From contig DAOOFR010000001.1 in assembly GCA_035415285.1 (NCBI GenBank), positions 14,732 through 78,731 on the forward strand: a stretch of 64,000 bases of DNA. The letters are read 5' to 3'. The DNA comes from Opitutaceae bacterium. Its GTDB lineage: Bacteria > Verrucomicrobiota > Verrucomicrobiia > Opitutales > Opitutaceae. Of this stretch, positions 60,501-64,000 are shown piece by piece. Made by a program: the position numbers and the translations under genes. The number at the start of each line of letters is the position of its first letter. Within the stretch, counting starts at the first letter, position 1. Below the pieces are notes generated by a model, which had not been told where the DNA came from, made no database searches, and worked only from the letters and a program-made list of their open reading frames with translations.

Positions 60501-62800
60501 AGGCGACCATCTCGCTGCTGATCAACTCCGACACCAAGCCCGCCTCGCGCGGCGACGCCCTGAGCGACTCGATCGCCCGGCTTGCGGCGGTGGGCGGCCC
60601 CACCGCGCCGCTCGGCCTCGCGGGTGTGCGCTACCACTACAAGCGCCGGATCATGACGCCCGAGGAGGCCGCCGCGCTCGCGGCCAAGATGGGCGACGAG
60701 CTCGACCTGGCGGCGCGCCAGCCGGCGCCCGCGAAGGGCGCGAAGCCCGCCGCCGACGCCGCGGCCGACAAGGAGCGGCAGGCCGCCGAACGCCGGGCGA
60801 AGGCCGAGACCATCGCGTTCCACGAGACCACGATCCTCTACGAACAGAAGCGCGCGCAGCAGTACCAGCAGGACCTTGCGGCGTTGCAGGCCGAGGTCCG
60901 CAAGGGCGGCCAGCCGCCCTCCGCCGACCAGCAGAAGCGTCTCGCCGCGCTCCAGTTCAACCTCATCAACGCGAACTCGAACGCCATCGCCGCGCAGGAC
61001 ACCGTGCGCCAGCTCCGGACCGGCGAGTACCAGCGCACCGAGACTCCGTTCGACGTGATGGCCCGCGCGCAGTTCCGCCGCAACATCGAGGACAACATCC
61101 GCCACCTCGAGGCCGTGGAGTCGCAGCAGGAGCTGGCCGCGCGCTACCTCGAGCTGCTGCCCGCCGTCGAGCGCCCGCAGGCGCTCGACACCCTTCGGAA
61201 GATCCGCGACGAGGCGCCGCTGGCGCTCGACCGGTACCGGAAGCTCAACGACGCCCTGAAGCACAAATGGCAGGGCCACACCGAGGCCCGGCTGGCCAGG
61301 CTGGACGAGGATCTCGCGTGGAAGGAGGCGCAGGTCTCCGCCATCGAGAACATCAAGACCGGCGCCGACACCGGCATGATGGTCTGCAGCATGGTCGGCG
61401 GCCCGCAGGCGCTCGCGCTCACCTACCAGTTCGCCACCGGCTGGGCCGAGAAGGACCTGCTCACCGGCGTGAAACAGTCCGTCTCGACGTATTCCGATGC
61501 CGTCGACATCGCCTGGAGCACCTACGACGGCTACTGCCAGGGCGGCTGGTCCGGCGCCGCCAAGGCCGGCGGCACCTCGCTGCTCCTGAACAAGGGCGTG
61601 CCCTTCCTGCTCGGCAAGCTCGGTAAGGGCGGCGACCTGCCCGATGCCGGTGCGCTCAAACAGGCCGACTCGCTCGGCGGCGCGCTCAAGCAGGCGGACG
61701 CCCCGCCGGCGCTCGCCAAGCGCCCGGCCGGCGCGGGCGGCGCCGACGATGTCGCCCGCTACGAGGCGGAGCTGCGCGCGGCCGAGGCGCAGGTCGAGGG
61801 TTTCGTGGGCGAGTACCACGCCTGGCGCAAGGCCGTGCACGACGGCGCGCCCGAGGCGGAGGTGAAGCGATTGCACGAGAAGGTGCTCGGGACCACCGCC
61901 GCGCTCAACGGCAACCCCACAGCGAAGGGAGTCCTTAAATACAAGGCGCAGCCCGCGGTCGGCCGCTTCTACGACCAGGCGCTCGACCAGATCCACACCC
62001 GAGTCCGCGCCGACTACTACACGATCATGAAGGAGGCCGGCTACAGCGACCACGAGATCGTGGCCATGCGCAACGCCGCCAGCGCGGGCACCACCGGCAT
62101 GGACTTCGACCAGGCGCTCAAGGAGCAGCCCGACTGGATCCCCGTGAAAGACTCCGACGGCACCACCACGTTGCGCCGCAACGTCTGGTTGACCAAGAAC
62201 GGCCAGCCCGTGAGCCGGCACCAGTGGCAGCTCGACGCCCAGGAGGCGTGGAATCGCGCCTACCGCCGCGCCACCGGCGGCAGCGCCCCGCAGGCCTGGG
62301 AGAAGATGACCAGCCGCGTCGACCCCGAGGCGTACCGCATGATGTCGGTGCTCCACATCCGCAAGGACCTCTCGAATGTCGACGAGATCATGGACAGCCT
62401 CGATCCGCAGTGGGTGCGTCAGACTTCCGATGTGACGCTGTTCAAGGCCGGCGAGATGCTGCAGGACAAGAGCCTCTCGCGGTTGGCCGGCGTGCGCGAG
62501 GCCTGCCGCGGCACCGCCAAGGACCTGGAGGGCAAGTTCCTTCCGTTCATCGACGCCAAGCTCGCCGCGCTCCGGAAGATCCCCGCCGCGAAACTCACCG
62601 CGTCCGACAAACACAACCTCGCCCGCCTCGAGGCGGCCCGGGAGCGGTTCACGAAGGTGAAGGACAGCTTCGCCGCCATCGGCCGCGCCGACCTCCCGCC
62701 CAGCCAGTGGGACGACGCCGTGGCGCTCTCCACCGGCGGCAAGGGAATCATGGAGACGATCCAGGATCTCGGCGATCTCACCGACTCGCTCTTCAAATGA
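57551..62800 (+). CDS. Giant (1749 aa) secreted TPR and coiled-coil protein, function unknown
   Basis: Signal peptide MRRSILWFLLLCLGLAARA and TPR-like repeats (about aa 170-330: ALAAFDEAVAKDPRSPEAYYFRGMCH..., AIAAFTRALELHP). An Ala/Pro linker follows, then more than 1200 aa rich in predicted helices with no catalytic motif I recognise. Confidence 0.8.
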   Translation: MRRSILWFLLLCLGLAARATDLGKFTIPDNQLPWTREAALDARFGGQVIRVNDPRAGELLVILPAAGIEAAPDAVMATIRAELQRVDPAATPADALQLGLVDTTWFGVGRPEEGFVLYRGAAAKDGLVYPIALRVPVPGTVSVEHRKFLRNLRIQRVVTRTTAAAPMGRGNLLLNKKDLPGALAAFDEAVAKDPRSPEAYYFRGMCHKRMKNVAAARKDLDRALALKRTADFLVERAEVEMAAGDHAAALQWLEQARAAEPENEAVHRNLGMVHHNLGQTERAIAAFTRALELHPANRGGRASLVMLHSLAKNPTAAAAQWHAFRQFHPGDAYADELRQFVLKENPGATFAAAPAPATGLRAATRSAPAPAVAANQPKPRAAVTKDSARPPARAAATVLPDDDPAALAAFKQLPPLPPLSTMLAQARATPVAPRLDPRAFNSLQYLGAVAAVRQAMAELAGPLSDEARKTFDARWAAIEDYPADACIEYLNAASPLLGEILALRAALVKAMQGYDNLLDQARTARLCGNHAAAHEAMRRAGQHAALLKGLQRSCDQAVQALAALGELPDAALIKARVAEQFAAAKSLLRNLDRPLALSGEYEPSRHQTVQDPFDVGFRQPPNPAALKVEYDTETGRSVYYQPLKSIGGNRVLFYVCETFPAGNRNSWTQVFEERGDGVFVCYGGGSDLSRTELRVTEDGFTETEYTLGPPGINPANNDFSERAAAAVAKGQRPSGKLVYSVRSRTHFATGVQYQRPPTDDEFDWRGWESDFRKQEKAILAEFEGEQRAFETLAPSLPFPRPIPAEHIFWVLERTAVVPANDPWVPQWQLSEVNPAADAVFRRLIKRNDGLEPFPQLVAARTTEVAPNGIRCRDVQKVVDARGDPDVVYDTLSVAYELAWTPPPPVLAQVGGRFEVEITAAREVTAPRQKALLPAAFADLLATATPSAGDEQREHLLTPHLRSAAAKVKETTPLACTADQLNGEEATISLLINSDTKPASRGDALSDSIARLAAVGGPTAPLGLAGVRYHYKRRIMTPEEAAALAAKMGDELDLAARQPAPAKGAKPAADAAADKERQAAERRAKAETIAFHETTILYEQKRAQQYQQDLAALQAEVRKGGQPPSADQQKRLAALQFNLINANSNAIAAQDTVRQLRTGEYQRTETPFDVMARAQFRRNIEDNIRHLEAVESQQELAARYLELLPAVERPQALDTLRKIRDEAPLALDRYRKLNDALKHKWQGHTEARLARLDEDLAWKEAQVSAIENIKTGADTGMMVCSMVGGPQALALTYQFATGWAEKDLLTGVKQSVSTYSDAVDIAWSTYDGYCQGGWSGAAKAGGTSLLLNKGVPFLLGKLGKGGDLPDAGALKQADSLGGALKQADAPPALAKRPAGAGGADDVARYEAELRAAEAQVEGFVGEYHAWRKAVHDGAPEAEVKRLHEKVLGTTAALNGNPTAKGVLKYKAQPAVGRFYDQALDQIHTRVRADYYTIMKEAGYSDHEIVAMRNAASAGTTGMDFDQALKEQPDWIPVKDSDGTTTLRRNVWLTKNGQPVSRHQWQLDAQEAWNRAYRRATGGSAPQAWEKMTSRVDPEAYRMMSVLHIRKDLSNVDEIMDSLDPQWVRQTSDVTLFKAGEMLQDKSLSRLAGVREACRGTAKDLEGKFLPFIDAKLAALRKIPAAKLTASDKHNLARLEAARERFTKVKDSFAAIGRADLPPSQWDDAVALSTGGKGIMETIQDLGDLTDSLFK

Positions 62801-62852
62801 AACCACCGCGCGAGCCTTCCTCCCGGCCGGCCCGCAACGCCGGAGGCACGTC

Positions 62853-63296
62853 GTGAAACGCCTCGCCACGCGCCTGCTCCTGCTGCTGCTCGGTCTCGTG
62901 CTGGCCGGCTACGCGGTGCTGGCGCCGGCGCTGCGGCTCTGGGGCACGCGCACGCTCGGCACGGTCACCGAGGTCCGCCGGCAGGGCGGCGAGCGCAACA
63001 CCGCCGAGCGGAACCGTTACGACTACGGCGTCGGCTACCATTTCACGCTGCCCGACGGTCGCCGCATCGAGGGTTCTGCGACGGTGGTGGGCGACGCGGT
63101 CGGGGCCGGCGTCGCCAAGGGACCGGCACCGGTGCGTTACCTCGCCGCGTGGCCGCGCGTGAACCTGCTCGAGGCGCAGGCGCGATTCTCGGCGGGCCAC
63201 GCCATCCTGCTCGCGGTGGGCGCGGGGTTGCTCGTGCTGGCGTGCCGGCCGGGAAGGCCGGCCGTGCCCCGCCCACGCGGCAAGGCGCGGGCCTGA
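62853..63296 (+). CDS. DUF3592-like two-TM membrane protein
   Basis: N-terminal TM LLLLLLGLVLAGYAVLAP, a central beta-rich segment GTVTEVRRQGG...YDYGVGYHFTLPDGRRIEG and a C-terminal TM ILLAVGAGLLVLA. This topology is typical of DUF3592. Confidence 0.55.
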   Translation: MKRLATRLLLLLLGLVLAGYAVLAPALRLWGTRTLGTVTEVRRQGGERNTAERNRYDYGVGYHFTLPDGRRIEGSATVVGDAVGAGVAKGPAPVRYLAAWPRVNLLEAQARFSAGHAILLAVGAGLLVLACRPGRPAVPRPRGKARA

Positions 63297-63336
63297 GCGC
63301 GGGCGAGACCCGCGCGGGACCGGGCGGAGACCGGTC

Positions 63337-63756
63337 CTACTTGGGCAGGTTGGCGTCGAGCCAAGTGCGGAGCTGGGACTCCGATTTCACGCCGACGAAC
63401 TCGGCGACGACTTCGCCGCGGTGGAAGAGCTTCACGGCGGGAATGCTGCGGATGCCGTACTGCTGGGCGAGCGGGCCGTGGTTGTCGACGTTCACGGCGA
63501 CGAGTTTCCAGCGTTCGCCGGCCTCGGCGGCTGCTTTCTCGATGGTGGGCTTGAGCACGCGGCACGGGCCGCACCACGGGGCCCAGAAATCGACGACGAC
63601 GGGGACGGTGGCGCTGCGCGTGATGACATCGGCGGCGAAGTCGGCCACCTCGTGGCTGCCGGCGGTGGCCGAGGCGGCGGCGGGCGTATCGGAGGACTTG
63701 GCGCAGCCGGTGAGGGCGAACGTGAGGGCGAGGAGGGAGAGAAGACGAGTGATCAT
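63337..63756 (-). CDS. Lipoprotein-anchored (exported) thioredoxin
   Basis: Lipobox LLALTFALTGC, then VVVDFWAPWCGPCRVLKP. Clearly paralogous to trxA at 22196-22519. Start at ATG 63756. Confidence 0.9.
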   Translation of the reverse strand: MITRLLSLLALTFALTGCAKSSDTPAAASATAGSHEVADFAADVITRSATVPVVVDFWAPWCGPCRVLKPTIEKAAAEAGERWKLVAVNVDNHGPLAQQYGIRSIPAVKLFHRGEVVAEFVGVKSESQLRTWLDANLPK

Positions 63757-63857
63757 GGTGGTAGGTGGTGGACGGTGGACGGTGGACGGTGAACGGTGGG
63801 CGGTTGCCGGTGGGCAGTGGACGGTGGGCAGTGGACGGTGGACAGTGGGCGGTGGAG
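63757..63857 (+). repeat. Tandem heptamer array (CGGTGGR family), about 14 units
   Basis: ggtggta ggtggtg gacggtg gacggtg gacggtg aacggtg ggcggtt gccggtg ggcagtg gacggtg ... It begins at the base next to the start codon of the exported thioredoxin gene. Confidence 0.9.
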
Positions 63858-64000
63858 GGATGTTTGTTGCGGTGAGGGGGGCTGCGCGAGGGGGGGAGCG
63901 GTGCGACCAAGGTCGCACCCTACGGATTGTTGTTCGTTGGAGGGCGAGAGCGCGCTGGCGCCGCTTGCTCGAGTGAGCGGCTTTGCGCAATCGGGTATCG

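Noticed and set aside
56843-62869. 2008-aa ORF on the minus strand, the longest ORF in the track
   Set aside because: It is exactly antisense to the 1749-aa plus-strand gene. Its translation is Arg/Gly/Ala/Pro low-complexity, with no signal peptide, domains or motifs. In high-GC DNA the antisense frame of a real gene often stays open. The plus-strand product has a signal peptide and TPR repeats.
1-64000. Prophage, integrative element or defence island
   Set aside because: I found no integrase, transposase, recombinase, tRNA attachment site, restriction-modification, toxin-antitoxin, nuclease or helicase signatures. Composition looks uniform by eye. The only repeats are short non-autonomous elements.

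Overview
High-GC bacterial chromosomal window. The gene content and repeat style resemble Verrucomicrobiota/Opitutales-type genomes, but that is inference only. I recognised no rRNA, tRNA, CRISPR array, transposase, integrase or phage genes. About 65 CDS look credible. Most other long ORFs in the track are GC-driven antisense or off-frame artefacts.

Main themes:

1. **Two paralogous NifX/NifB-C-domain loci.** Locus one (5041-9770) holds a DUF134 regulator, a His-rich NifX-like protein, a PaaI thioesterase, PanD, DUF89, Cys-rich proteins, a PNPOx-like protein, a methyltransferase and DUF4031. Locus two (13356-16928) holds two NifX-like proteins, a tiny Gly/Arg protein, two MinD-type ATPases with 4Fe-4S inserts, a PNPOx-like protein and a decayed DUF4031.
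2. **A shared operator-like motif.** Both loci, and a third locus (COG0523 GTPase-SufB divergent from def-mrp-aminotransferase-radical SAM-MbfA), carry the same motif GTTATGGGCATAWGCYC in their promoter regions.
3. **A tightly packed, translationally coupled cluster (47340-56884).** It has four radical-SAM enzymes (two with B12-binding domains), two paralogous small membrane proteins, two acyltransferase-like proteins and a GH3-type adenylating ligase. I cannot assign a pathway.
4. **A long minus-strand array (20416-29319).** It combines metal import genes (TonB receptor, ZIP) with an ArsR regulator, a porin, a TDT/SSU1-like exporter, thioredoxin and a CoA-disulfide/persulfide reductase-rhodanese fusion.
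5. **A 1749-aa secreted TPR/coiled-coil protein** followed by a DUF3592-like membrane protein.
6. **Non-coding structure.** There are five intergenic tandem arrays of the heptamer CGGTGGR, two copies of a roughly 170-nt inverted-repeat element, a patch of gene remnants (19371-20280) and a segmental duplication.

Housekeeping genes present are ybaB-recR, panD, thrS, sufB, def, trxA, a class I DAHP synthase and Pho-type genes. Start codons I moved from the ORF track were checked by frame arithmetic but remain predictions.
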